DNA from: Auanema rhodensis
Taxonomy: Eukaryota; Animalia; Nematoda
Length of the DNA stretch: 64,000 nt
Assembly: GCA_964057225.1 (NCBI GenBank)
Contig: OZ059900.1
Span: 3,720,001 to 3,784,000 of the forward strand
Direction of reading: 5' to 3'
The position numbers were made by a program, and so were the translations under genes. The notes under the pieces are model-generated. The model was not told where the DNA came from, searched no databases, and was given only the letters and a program-made list of their open reading frames with translations. Shown here one piece after another: positions 1-12,250 of the stretch. The stretch's first letter is position 1. Each line of letters begins with the position of its first letter.

Positions 1-2098
1 ATAGTTTTATTGTCTATAACAACAAAAGTCATCAATTAAACGCTAGTGATGTTTAAATACTGATTTTCGCTCAAATAGCATTACTACACTAAGTATGGTC
101 GTTTTTATGCCTTTAACACCATATACTCACCGATTTTTGGTACAAAATCTGTAATACTCGTAAATTTCGATCATATTCGTTAAGATTTGAGAATCAAACA
201 CACAATACACAAAATCAGTCTATTTTTATAAGCTTGCACTAATATATATTCATTTTGATCAAAAAAGGTCGAAAATAGAAAGAATTTTTGAAATTTCCGA
301 GTTTTCAGTCTAATTTGGCTAAATCGCTCATATATATGATCAGAAGCATAGTTTTATGGTCTATGACAACAAAAGTCATCAATTAAACGCTAGTGATGTT
401 TAAATACTGATTTTCGCTCAAATAGCATTACTACACTAAGTATGGTCGTTTTTATGCCTTTAACACCATATACTCACCGATTTTTGGTACAAAATCTGTG
501 ATACTCGTAAATTTTGATCATATTCGGTGAGATTCGAGAATCAAACACACAATACACGAAATAAGTTTATTTTTACGAGTTTGCACTGATATTTATTCAT
601 TTTGATCAAAAAAGGTCGAAAATAGAAAGAATTTTTGAAATTTCCGAGTTTTGAGTCCAATTGGGCTAAATCGCTCATATATATGATCAAAAGCATAGTT
701 TTACTGTCTATGATAACAAAAGTCATCAATTAAACGCTAGTGATGTTTAAATACTAATTTTCGCTCAAATAGCATTACTACACTAAGTATGGTCGTTTTT
801 ATGCCTTTAACACCATATACTCACCGATTTTTGGTACAAAATCTGTAATACTCGTAAATTTCGATCATATTCGTTAAGATTTGAGAATCAAACACACAAT
901 ACACAAAATCAGTCTATTTTTATAAGCTTGCACTAATATATATTCATTTTGATCAAAAAAGGTCGAAAATAGAAAGAATTTTTGAAATTTCCGAGTTTTG
1001 AGTCTAATTTGGCTAAATCGCTCATATATATGATCAGAAGCATAGTTTTATGGTCTATGACAACAAAAGTCATCAATTAAACGCTAGTGATGTTTAAATA
1101 CTGATTTTCGCTCAAATAGCATTACTACACTAAGTATGGTCGTTTTTATGCCTTTAACACCATATACTCACCGATTTTTGGTACAAAATCTGTGATACTC
1201 GTAAATTTTGATCATATTCGGTGAGATTCGAGAATCAAACACACAATACACGAAATAAGTTTATTTTTACGAGTTTGCACTGATATTTATTCATTTTGAT
1301 CAAAAAAGGTCGAAAATAGAAAGAATTTTTGAAATTTCCGAGTTTTGAGTCCAATTGGGCTAAATCGCTCATATATATGATCAAAAGCATAGTTTTACTG
1401 TCTATGATAACAAAAGTCATCAATTAAACGCTAGTGATGTTTAAATACTAATTTTCGCTCAAATAGCATTACTACACTAAGTATGGTCGTTTTTATGCCT
1501 TTAACACCATATACTCACCGATTTTTGGTACAAAATCTGTAATACTTGTAAATTTCGATCATATTCGGTGAGATTCGAGAATCAAACACACAATACACGA
1601 AATAAGTTTATTTTTACGAGTTTGCACTGATATTTATTCATTTTGATCAAAAAAGGTCGAAAATAGAAAGAATTTTTGAAATTTCCGAGTTTTGAGTCTA
1701 ATTTGGCTAAATCGCTCATATATATGATCAAAAGCATAGTTTTATTGTCTATGACAACAAAAGTCATCAATTAAACGCTAGTGATGTTTAAATACTGAAT
1801 TTCGCTCAAATAGCATTACTACACTAAGTATGGTCGTTTTTATGCCTTTAACACCATATACTCACCGATTTTTGGTACAAAATCTGTAATACTCGTAAAT
1901 TTTGATCATATTCGTTAAGATTTGAGAATAAAACATACAATACACAAAATCAGTCTATTTTTATGAGCTTGCACTGATATATATTTATTTTGATCAAAAA
2001 AGGTCGAAAATAGAAAGAATTTTTGAAATTTCCGAGTTTTGAGTCTAATTTGGCTAAATCGCTCATTTATATGATCAGAAGCAAAGTTTTATTGTCTA

Positions 2099-2112
2099 TG
2101 ACAACTGACAAC
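2099..2112. other. Junction of the 298-bp deletion monomer (55 bp lost, TGACAA inserted); also at 2744-2757, 37774-37787, 47453-47466 and 53999-54012
   Basis: Reads CTATGACAAC-TGACAA-CATTACTAC instead of CTATGACAAC-[55 bp]-CATTACTAC. ORF spacing of 645 = 2x347-49 (1582-2227, 2227-2872, 37257-37902, 46936-47581, 53482-54127). Confidence 0.95.
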
Positions 2113-4199
2113 ATTACTACACTTAGTATGGTCGTTTTTATGCCTTTAACACCATATACTCACCGATTTTTGGTACAAAATCTGTGATACTCGTAAATTT
2201 TGATCATATTCGGTGAGATTCGAGAATCAAACACACAATACACGAAATAAGTTTTTTTTTACGAGTTTGCACTGATATTTATTCATTTTGATCAAAAAAG
2301 GTCGAAAATAGAAAGAATTTTTGAATTTTCCGAGTTTTGAGTCCAATTGGGCTAAATCGCTCATATATATGATCAAAAACATAGTTTTATTGTCTATAAC
2401 AACAAAAGTCATCAATTAAACGCTAGTGATGTTTAAATACTGATTTTCGCTCAAATAGCATTACTACACTAAGTATGGTCGTTTTTATGCCTTTAACACC
2501 ATATACTCACCGATTTTTGGTACAAAATCTGTGATACTCGTAAATTTTGATCATATTCGGTGAGATTCGAGAATCAAACACACAATACACGAAATAAGTT
2601 CATTTTTACGAGTTTGCACTGATATTTATTCATTTTGATCAAAAAAGGTCGAAAATAGAAAGAATTTTTGAAATTTCCGAGTTTTGAGTCTAATTTGGCT
2701 AAATCGCTCATTTATATGATCAGAAGCAAAGTTTTATTGTCTATGACAACTGACAACATTACTACACTTAGTATGGTCGTTTTTATGCCTTTAACACCAT
2801 ATACTCACCGATTTTTGGTACAAAATCTGTGATACTCGTAAATTTTGATCATATTCGGTGAGATTCGAGAATCAAACACACAATACACGAAATAAGTTTT
2901 TTTTTACGAGTTTGCACTGATATTTATTCATTTTGATCAAAAAAGGTCGAAAATAGAAAGAATTTTTGAATTTTCCGAGTTTTGAGTCCAATTGGGCTAA
3001 ATCGCTCATATATATGATCAAAAACATAGTTTTATTGTCTATAACAACAAAAGTCATCAATTAAACGCTAGTGATGTTTAAATACTGATTTTCGCTCAAA
3101 TAGCATTACTACACTAAGTATGGTCGTTTTTATGCCTTTAACACCATATACTCACCGATTTTTGGTACAAAATCTGTGATACTCGTAAATTTTGATCATA
3201 TTCGGTGAGATTCGAGAATCAAACACACAATACACGAAATAAGTTCATTTTTACGAGTTTGCACTGATATTTATTCATTTTGATCAAAAAAGGTCGAAAA
3301 TAGAAAGAATTTTTGAAATTTCCGAGTTTTGAGTCTAATTTGGCTAAATCGCTCATATATATGATCAAAAGCATAGTTTTATTGTCTATGACAACAAAAG
3401 TCATTAATTAAACGCTAGTGATGTTTAAATACTGAATTTCGCTCAAATAGCATTACTACACTAAGTATGGTCGTTTTTATGCCTTTAACACCATATACTC
3501 ACCGATTTTTGGTACAAAATCTGTAATACTCGTAAATTTTGATCATATTCGTTAAGATTTGAGAATCAAACATACAATACACAAAATCAGTCTATTTTTT
3601 TGAGCTTGCACTGATATATATTCATTTTGATCAAAAAAGGTCGAAAATAGAAAGAATTTTTGAAATTTCCGAGTTTTGAGTCTAATTTGGCTAAATCGCT
3701 CATATATATGATCAGAAGCATAGTTTTATGGTCTATGACAACAAAAGTCATCAATTAAACGCTAGTGATGTTTAAATACTGAATTTCGCTCAAATAGCAT
3801 TACTACACTAAGTATGGTCGTTTTTATGCCTTTAACACCATATACTCACCGATTTTTGGTACAAAATCTGTAATACTCGTAAATTTTGATCATATTCGTT
3901 AAGATTTGAGAATCAAACACACAATACACAAAATCAGTCTATTTTTATGAGTTTGCATCGATATATAATCATTTTGATCAAAAAAAGTCGAAAATAGAAA
4001 GAATTTTTGAATTTTCCGAGTTTTGAGTCCAATTGGGCTAAATCGCTCATATATATGATCAAAAACATAGTTTTATTGTCTATAACAACAAAAGTCATCA
4101 ATTAAACGCTAGTGATGTTTAAATACTGATTTTCGCTCAAATAGCATTACTACACTAAGTATGGTCGTTTTTATGCCTTTAACACCATATACTCACCGA

Positions 4200-6800
4200 T
4201 TTTTGGTACAAAATCTGTGATACTCGTAAATTTTGATCATATTCGGTGAGATTCAAGAATCAAACACACAATACACAAAATCAGTCTATGTTTATGAGCT
4301 TGCACTGATATATATTCATTTTGATCAAAAAAGGTCGAAAATAGAAAGAATTTTTGAAATTTCCGAGTTTTGAGTCTAATTTGGCTAAATCGCTCATTTA
4401 TATGATCAGAAGCAAAGTTTTATTGTCTATGACAACAAAAGTCATCAATTAAACGCTAGTGATGTTTAAATACTAATTTTCGCTCAAATAGCATTACTAC
4501 ACTAAGTATGGTCGTTTTTATGCCTTTAACACCATATACTCACCGATTTTTGGTACAAAATCTGTAATACTTGTAAATTTCGATCATATTCGTTAAGATT
4601 CGAGAATCAAACACATAATACACGAAATAAGTCTATTTTTATGAGTTTGCACTGATATTTATTCATTTTGATCAAAAAAGGTCGAAAATAGAAAGAATTT
4701 TTGAATTTTCCGAGTTTTGAGTCCAATTGGGCTAAATCGCTCATATATATGATCAAAAACATAGTTTTATTGTCTATAACAACAAAAGTCATCAATTAAA
4801 CGCTAGTGATGTTTAAATACTGATTTTCGCTCAAATAGCATTACTACACTAAGTATGGTCGTTTTTATGCCTTTAACACCATATACTCACCGATTTTTGG
4901 TACAAAATCTGTGATACTCGTAAATTTTGATCATATTCGGTGAGATTCGAGAATCAAACACACAATACACGAAATAAGTTCATTTTTACGAGTTTGCACT
5001 GATATTTATTCATTTTGATCAAAAAAGGTCGAAAATAGAAAGAATTTTTGAAATTTCCGAGTTTTGAGTCTAATTTGGCTAAATCGCTCATATATAAGAT
5101 CAAAAGCATAGTTTTATTGTCTATGACAACAAAAGTCATCAATTAAACGCTAGTGATGTTTAAATACTGAATTTCGCTCAAATAGCATTACTACACTAAG
5201 TATGGTCGTTTTTATGCCTTTAACACCATATACTCACCGATTTTTGGTACAAAATCTGTAATACTCGTAAATTTTGATCATATTCGTTAAGATTTGAGAA
5301 TCAAACATACAATACACAAAATCAGTCTATTTTTATGAGCTTGCACTGATATATATTCATTTTGATCAAAAAAGCTCGAAAATAGAAAGAATTTTTGAAA
5401 TTTCCGAGTTTTGAGTCTAATTTGGCTAAATCGCTCATATATATGATCAAAAGCATAGTTTTATTGTCTATGACAACAAAAGTCATTAATTAAACGCTAG
5501 TGATGTTTAAATACTGAATTTCGCTCAAATAGCATTACTACACTAAGTATGGTCGTTTTTATGCCTTTAACACCATATACTCACCGATTTTTGGTACAAA
5601 ATCTGTGATACTCGTAAATTTTGATCATATTCGGTGAGATTCAAGAATCAAACACACAATACACAAAATCAGTCTATGTTTATGAGCTTGCACTGATATA
5701 TATTCATTTTGATCAAAAAAGGTCGAAAATAGAAAGAATTTTTGAAATTTCCGAGTTTTGAGTCTAATTTGGCTAAATCGCTCATTTATATGATCAGAAG
5801 CAAAGTTTTATTGTCTATGACAACAAAAGTCATCAATTAAACGCTAGTGATGTTTAAATACTAATTTTCGCTCAAATAGCATTACTACACTAAGTATGGT
5901 CGTTTTTATGCCTTTAACACCATATACTCACCGATTTTTGGTACAAAATCTGTAATACTTGTAAATTTCGATCATATTCGTTAAGATTCGAGAATCAAAC
6001 ACATAATACACGAAATAAGTCTATTTTTATGAGTTTGCACTGATATTTATTCATTTTGATCAAAAAAGGTCGAAAATAGAAAGAATTTTTGAATTTTCCG
6101 AGTTTTGAGTCCAATTGGGCTAAATCGCTCATATATATGATCAAAAACATAGTTTTATTGTCTATAACAACAAAAGTCATCAATTAAACGCTAGTGATGT
6201 TTAAATACTGATTTTCGCTCAAATAGCATTACTACACTAAGTATGGTCGTTTTTATGCCTTTAACACCATATACTCACCGATTTTTGGTACAAAATCTGT
6301 GATACTCGTAAATTTTGATCATATTCGGTGAGATTCGAGAATCAAACACACAATACACGAAATAAGTTCATTTTTACGAGTTTGCACTGATATTTATTCA
6401 TTTTGATCAAAAAAGGTCTAAAATAGAAAGAATTTTTGAAATTTCCGAGTTTTGAGTCTAATTTGGCTAAATCGCTCATATATAAGATCAAAAGCATAGT
6501 TTTATTGTCTATGACAACAAAAGTCATCAATTAAACGCTAGTGATGTTTAAATACTGAATTTCGCTCAAATACAATTACTACACTAAGTATGGTCGTTTT
6601 TATGCCTTTAACACCATATACTCACCGATTTTTGGTACAAAATCTGTAATACTCGTAAATTTTGATCATATTCGTTAAGATTTGAGAATCAAACATACAA
6701 TACACAAAATCAGTCTATTTTTATGAGCTTGCACTGATATATATTCATTTTGATCAAAAAAGCTCGAAAATAGAAAGAATTTTTGAAATTTCCGAGTTTT
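4200..6800. repeat. Tandem duplication with 4-monomer period (1388 bp); also present at about 39230-41830
   Basis: Identical ORF variants at 4607/5995 and 4954/6342, and at 39637/41025 and 39984/41372. Confidence 0.85.
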
Positions 6801-9800
6801 GAGTCTAATTTGGCTAAATCGCTCATTTATATGATCAGAAGCAAAGTTTTATTGTCTATGACAACAAAAGTCATCAATTAAACGCTAGTGATGTTTAAAT
6901 ACTAATTTTCGCTCAAATAGCATTACTACACTAAGTATGGTCGTTTTTATGCCTTTAACACCATATACTCACCGATTTTTGCTACAAAATCTGTAATACT
7001 TGTGAATTTTGATCATATTCGTTAAGATTCGAGAATCAAACACATAATACACGAAATAAGTCTATTTTTATGAGTTTACACTGATATTTATTCATTTTGA
7101 TCAAAAAAGGTCGAAAATAGAAAGAATTTTTGAAATTTCCGAGTTTTGAGTCCAATTTGGCTAAATCGCTCATATATATGATCAAAAGCATAGTTTTATT
7201 GTCTATAACAACAAAAGTCATCAATTAAACGCTAGTGATGTTTTAATACTGAATTTCGCTCAAATAGCATTACTACACTAAGTATGGTCGTTTTTATGCC
7301 TTTAACACCATATACTCACCGATTTTTGGTACAAAATCTGTAATACTCGTAAATTTTGATCATATTTGTTAAGATTTGAGAATCAAACATACAATACACA
7401 AAATCAGTCTATTTTTATGAGCTTGCACTGATATATATTCATTTTGATCAAAAAAGCTCGAAAATAGAAAGAATTTTTGAAATTTCCGAGTTTTGAGTCT
7501 AATTTGGCTAAATCGCTCATATATATGATCAGAAGCATAGTTTTATTGTCTATGACAACAAAAGTCATTAATTAAACACTAATGATGTTTAAATCACTAA
7601 ATTTCGCTCAAATAGCATTACTACACTAAGTATGGTCGTTTTTATGCCTTTAACACCATATACTCACCGATTTTTGGTACAAAATCTGTGATACTCGTAA
7701 ATTTTGATCATATTCGGTGAGATTCAAGAATCAAACACACAATACACAAAATCAGTCTATGTTTATGAGCTTGCACTGATATATATTCATTTTGATCAAA
7801 AAAGGTCGAAAATAGAAAGAATTTTTGAAATTTCCGAGTTTTGAGTCTAATTTGGCTAAATCGCTCATTTATATGATCAGAAGCAAAGTTCTATTGTCTA
7901 TGACAACAAAAGTCATCAATTAAACGCTAGTGATGTTTAAATACTAATTTTCGCTCAAATAGCATTACTACACTAAGTATGGTCGTTTTTATGCCTTTAA
8001 CACCATATACTCACCGATTTTTGGTACAAAATCTGTAATACTTGTAAATTTCGATCATATTCGTTAAGATTCGAGAATCAAACACATAATACACGAAATA
8101 AGTCTATTTTTATGAGTTTGCACTGATATTTATTCATTTTGATCAAAAAAGGTCGAAAATAGAAAGAATTTTTGAATTTTCCGAGTTTTGAGTCCAATTG
8201 GGCTAAATCGCTCATATATATGATCAAAAACATAGTTTTATTGTCTATAACAACAAAAGTCATCAATTAAACGCTAGTGATGTTTAAATACTGATTTTCG
8301 CTCAAATAGCATTACTACACTAAGTATGGTCGTTTTTATGCCTTTAACACCATATACTCACCGATTTTTGGTACAAAATCTGTGATACTCGTAAATTTTG
8401 ATCATATTCGGTGAGATTCGAGAATCAAACACACAATACACAAAATCAGTCTATGTTTATGAGCTTGCACTGATATATATTCATTTTGATCAAAAAAGGT
8501 CGAAAATAGAAAGAATTTTTGAAATTTCCGAGTTTTGAGTCTAATTTGGCTAAATCGCTCATTTATATGATCAGAAGCAAAGTTCTATTGTCTATGACAA
8601 CAAAAGTCATCAATTAAACGCTAGTGATGTTTAAATACTAATTTTCGCTCAAATAGCATTACTACACTAAGTATGGTCGTTTTTATGCCTTTAACACCAT
8701 ATACTCACCGATTTTTGGTACAAAATCTGTGATACTCGTAAATTTTGATCATATTCGGTGAGATTCGAGAATCAAACACACAATACACGAAATAAGTTCA
8801 TTTTTACGAGTTTGCACTGATATTTATTCATTTTGATCAAAAAAGGTCGAAAATAGAAAGAATTTTTGAAATTTCCGAGTTTTGAGTCTAATTTGGCTAA
8901 ATCGCTCATATATAAGATCAAAAGCATAGTTTTATTGTCTATGACAACAAAAGTCATCAATTAAACGCTAGTGATGTTTAAATACTGAATTTCGCTCAAA
9001 TAGCATTACTACACTAAGTATGGTCGTTTTTATGCCTTTAACACCATATACTCACCGATTTTTGGTACAAAATCTGTAATACTCGTAAATTTTGATCATA
9101 TTCGTTAAGATTTGAGAATCAAACATACAATACACAAAATCAGTCTATTTTTATGAGCTTGCACTGATATATATTCATTTTGATCAAAAAAGCTCGAAAA
9201 TAGAAAGAATTTTTGAAATTTCCGAGTTTTGAGTCTAATTTGGCTAATTCGCTCATATATATGATCAAAAGCATAGTTTTATTGTCTATGACAACAAAAG
9301 TCATTAATTAAACGCTAGTGATGTTTAAATACTGAATTTCGCTCAAATAGCATTACTACACTAAGTATGGTCGTTTTTATGCCTTTAACACCATATACTC
9401 ACCGATTTTTGGTACAAAATCTGTGATACTCGTAAATTTTGATCATATTCGGTGAGATTCAAGAATCAAACACACAATACACAAAATCAGTCTATGTTTA
9501 TGAGCTTGCACTGATATATATTCATTTTGATCAAAAAAGGTCGAAAATAGAAAGAATTTTTGAAATTTCCGAGTTTTGAGTCTAATTTGGCTAAATCGCT
9601 CATTTATATGATCAGAAGCAAAGTTTTATTGTCTATGACAACAAAAGTCATCAATTAAACGCTAGTGATGTTTAAATACTAATTTTCGCTCAAATAGCAT
9701 TACTACACTAAGTATGGTCGTTTTTATGCCTTTAACACCATATACTCACCGATTTTTGGTACAAAATCTGTAATACTTGTAAATTTCGATCATATTCGTT

Positions 9801-12250
9801 AAGATTCGAGAATCAAACACATAATACACGAAATAAGTCTATTTTTATGAGTTTGCACTGATATTTATTCATTTTGATCAAAAAAGGTCGAAAATAGAAA
9901 GAATTTTTGAATTTTCCGAGTTTTGAGTCCAATTGGGCTAAATCGCTCATATATATGATCAAAAACATAGTTTTATTGTCTATAACAACAAAAGTCATCA
10001 ATTAAACGCTAGTGATGTTTAAATACTGATTTTCGCTCAAATAGCATTACTACACTAAGTATGGTCGTTTTTATGCCTTTAACACCATATACTCACCGAT
10101 TTTTGGTACAAAATCTGTGATACTCGTAAATTTTGATCATATTCGGTGAGATTCGAGAATCAAACACACAATACACGAAATAAGTTCATTTTTACGAGTT
10201 TGCACTGATATTTATTCATTTTGATCAAAAAAGGTCGAAAATAGAAAGAATTTTTGAAATTTCCGAGTTTTGAGTCTAATTTGGCTAAATCGCTCATATA
10301 TAAGATCAAAAGCATAGTTTTATTGTCTATGACAACAAAAGTCATCAATTAAACGCTAGTGATGTTTAAATACTGAATTTCGCTCAAATACAATTACTAC
10401 ACTAAGTATGGTCGTTTTTATGCCTTTAACACCATATACTCACCGATTTTTGGTACAAAATCTGTAATACTTGTAAATTTCGATCATATTCGTTAAGATT
10501 CGAGAATCAAACACATAATACACGAAATAAGTCTATTTTTATGAGTTTGCACTGATATTTATTCATTTTGATCAAAAAAGCTCGAAAATAGAAAGAATTT
10601 TTGAAATTTCCGAGTTTTGAGTCTAATTTGGCTAAATCGCTCATTTATATGATCAGAAGCAAAGTTTTATTGTCTATGACAACAAAAGTCATCAATTAAA
10701 CGCTAGTGATGTTTAAATACTAATTTTCGCTCAAATAGCATTACTACACTAAGTATGGTCGTTTTTATGCCTTTAACACCATATACTCACCGATTTTTGC
10801 TACAAAATCTGTAATACTTGTGAATTTTGATCATATTCGTTAAGATTCGAGAATCAAACACATAATACACGAAATAAGTCTATTTTTATGAGTTTACACT
10901 GATATTTATTCATTTTGATCAAAAAAGGTCGAAAATAGAAAGAATTTTTGAAATTTCCGAGTTTTGAGTCCAATTTGGCTAAATCGCTCATATATATGAT
11001 CAAAAGCATAGTTTTATTGTCTATAACAACAAAAGTCATCAATTAAACGCTAGTGATGTTTTAATACTGAATTTCGCTCAAATAGCATTACTACACTAAG
11101 TATGGTCGTTTTTATGCCTTTAACACCATATACTCACCGATTTTTGGTACAAAATCTGTAATACTCGTAAATTTTGATCATATTTGTTAAGATTTGAGAA
11201 TCAAACACACAATACACGAAATAAGTTCATTTTTACGAGTTTGCACTGATATTTATTCATTTTGATCAAAAAAGCTCGAAAATAGAAAGAATTTTTGAAA
11301 TTTCCGAGTTTTGAGTCTAATTTGGCTAAATCGCTCATATATATGATCAGAAGCATAGTTTTATTGTCTATGACAACAAAAGTCATCAATTAAACGCTAG
11401 TGATGTTTAAATACTGAATTTCGCTCAAATAGCATTACTACACTAAGTATGGTCGTTTTTATGCCTTTAACACCATATACTCACCGATTTTTGGTACAAA
11501 ATCTGTGATACTCGTAAATTTTGATCATATTCGGTGAGATTCAAGAATCAAACACACAATACACAAAATCAGTCTATGTTTATGAGCTTGCACTGATATA
11601 TATTCATTTTGATCAAAAAAGGTCGAAAATAGAAAGAATTTTTGAAATTTCCGAGTTTTGAGTCTAATTTGGCTAAATCGCTCATTTATATGATCAGAAG
11701 CAAAGTTCTATTGTCTATGACAACAAAAGTCATCAATTAAACGCTAGTGATGTTTAAATACTAATTTTCGCTCAAATAGCATTACTACACTAAGTATGGT
11801 CGTTTTTATGCCTTTAACACCATATACTCACCGATTTTTGGTACAAAATCTGTAATACTTGTAAATTTCGATCATATTCGTTAAGATTCGAGAATCAAAC
11901 ACATAATACACGAAATAAGTCTATTTTTATGAGTTTGCACTGATATTTATTCATTTTGATCAAAAAAGGTCGAAAATAGAAAGAATTTTTGAATTTTTCG
12001 AGTTTTGAGTCCAATTGGGCTAAATCGCTCATATATATGATCAAAAACATAGTTTTATTGTCTATAACAACAAAAGTCATCAATTAAACGCTAGTGATGT
12101 TTAAATACTGATTTTCGCTCAAATAGCATTACTACACTAAGTATGGTCGTTTTTATGCCTTTAACACCATATACTCACCGATTTTTGGTACAAAATCTGT
12201 GATACTCGTAAATTTTGATCATATTCGGTGAGATTCGAGAATCAAACACA
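4900..12250. repeat. Tandem duplication with 11-monomer period (3818/3817 bp)
   Basis: ORF pairs 4954/8772, 5995/9813, 6342/10160, 7036/10854 and 8078/11895. The marker AAATACAATT (normally AAATAGCATT) is seen only at 6571 and 10389, 3818 apart. Confidence 0.85.

Noticed and set aside
169-341. Bacterial iteron/origin or promoter signals (three GATC per unit, TATA-like runs)
   Set aside because: These motifs are expected in 71% AT DNA, and there is no rep gene or transcription unit. A gene-free 64-kb array is not a prokaryotic replicon architecture.
1-347. Tandem RNA gene cluster (5S rRNA, tRNA, snRNA, spliced leader)
   Set aside because: The unit is 29% GC throughout, with no recognisable 5S, tRNA or snRNA sequence, no A/B/C boxes and no cloverleaf. 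An Infernal/Rfam search would be the formal test.
1-347. Identity with the Drosophila 359-bp (1.688) satellite or beetle ~340-360-bp satellites
   Set aside because: Only size and AT content are similar. I could not match the sequence from memory, so no family or taxon is assigned without BLAST.
64-545. CENP-B box-like motif
   Set aside because: TTCG-containing sites (TTTCGCTCAAATAGCAT, ATTCGGTGAGATTCGAG, reverse TTTCGACCTTTTTTGAT) lack the downstream A..CGGG core of nTTCGnnnnAnnCGGGn.
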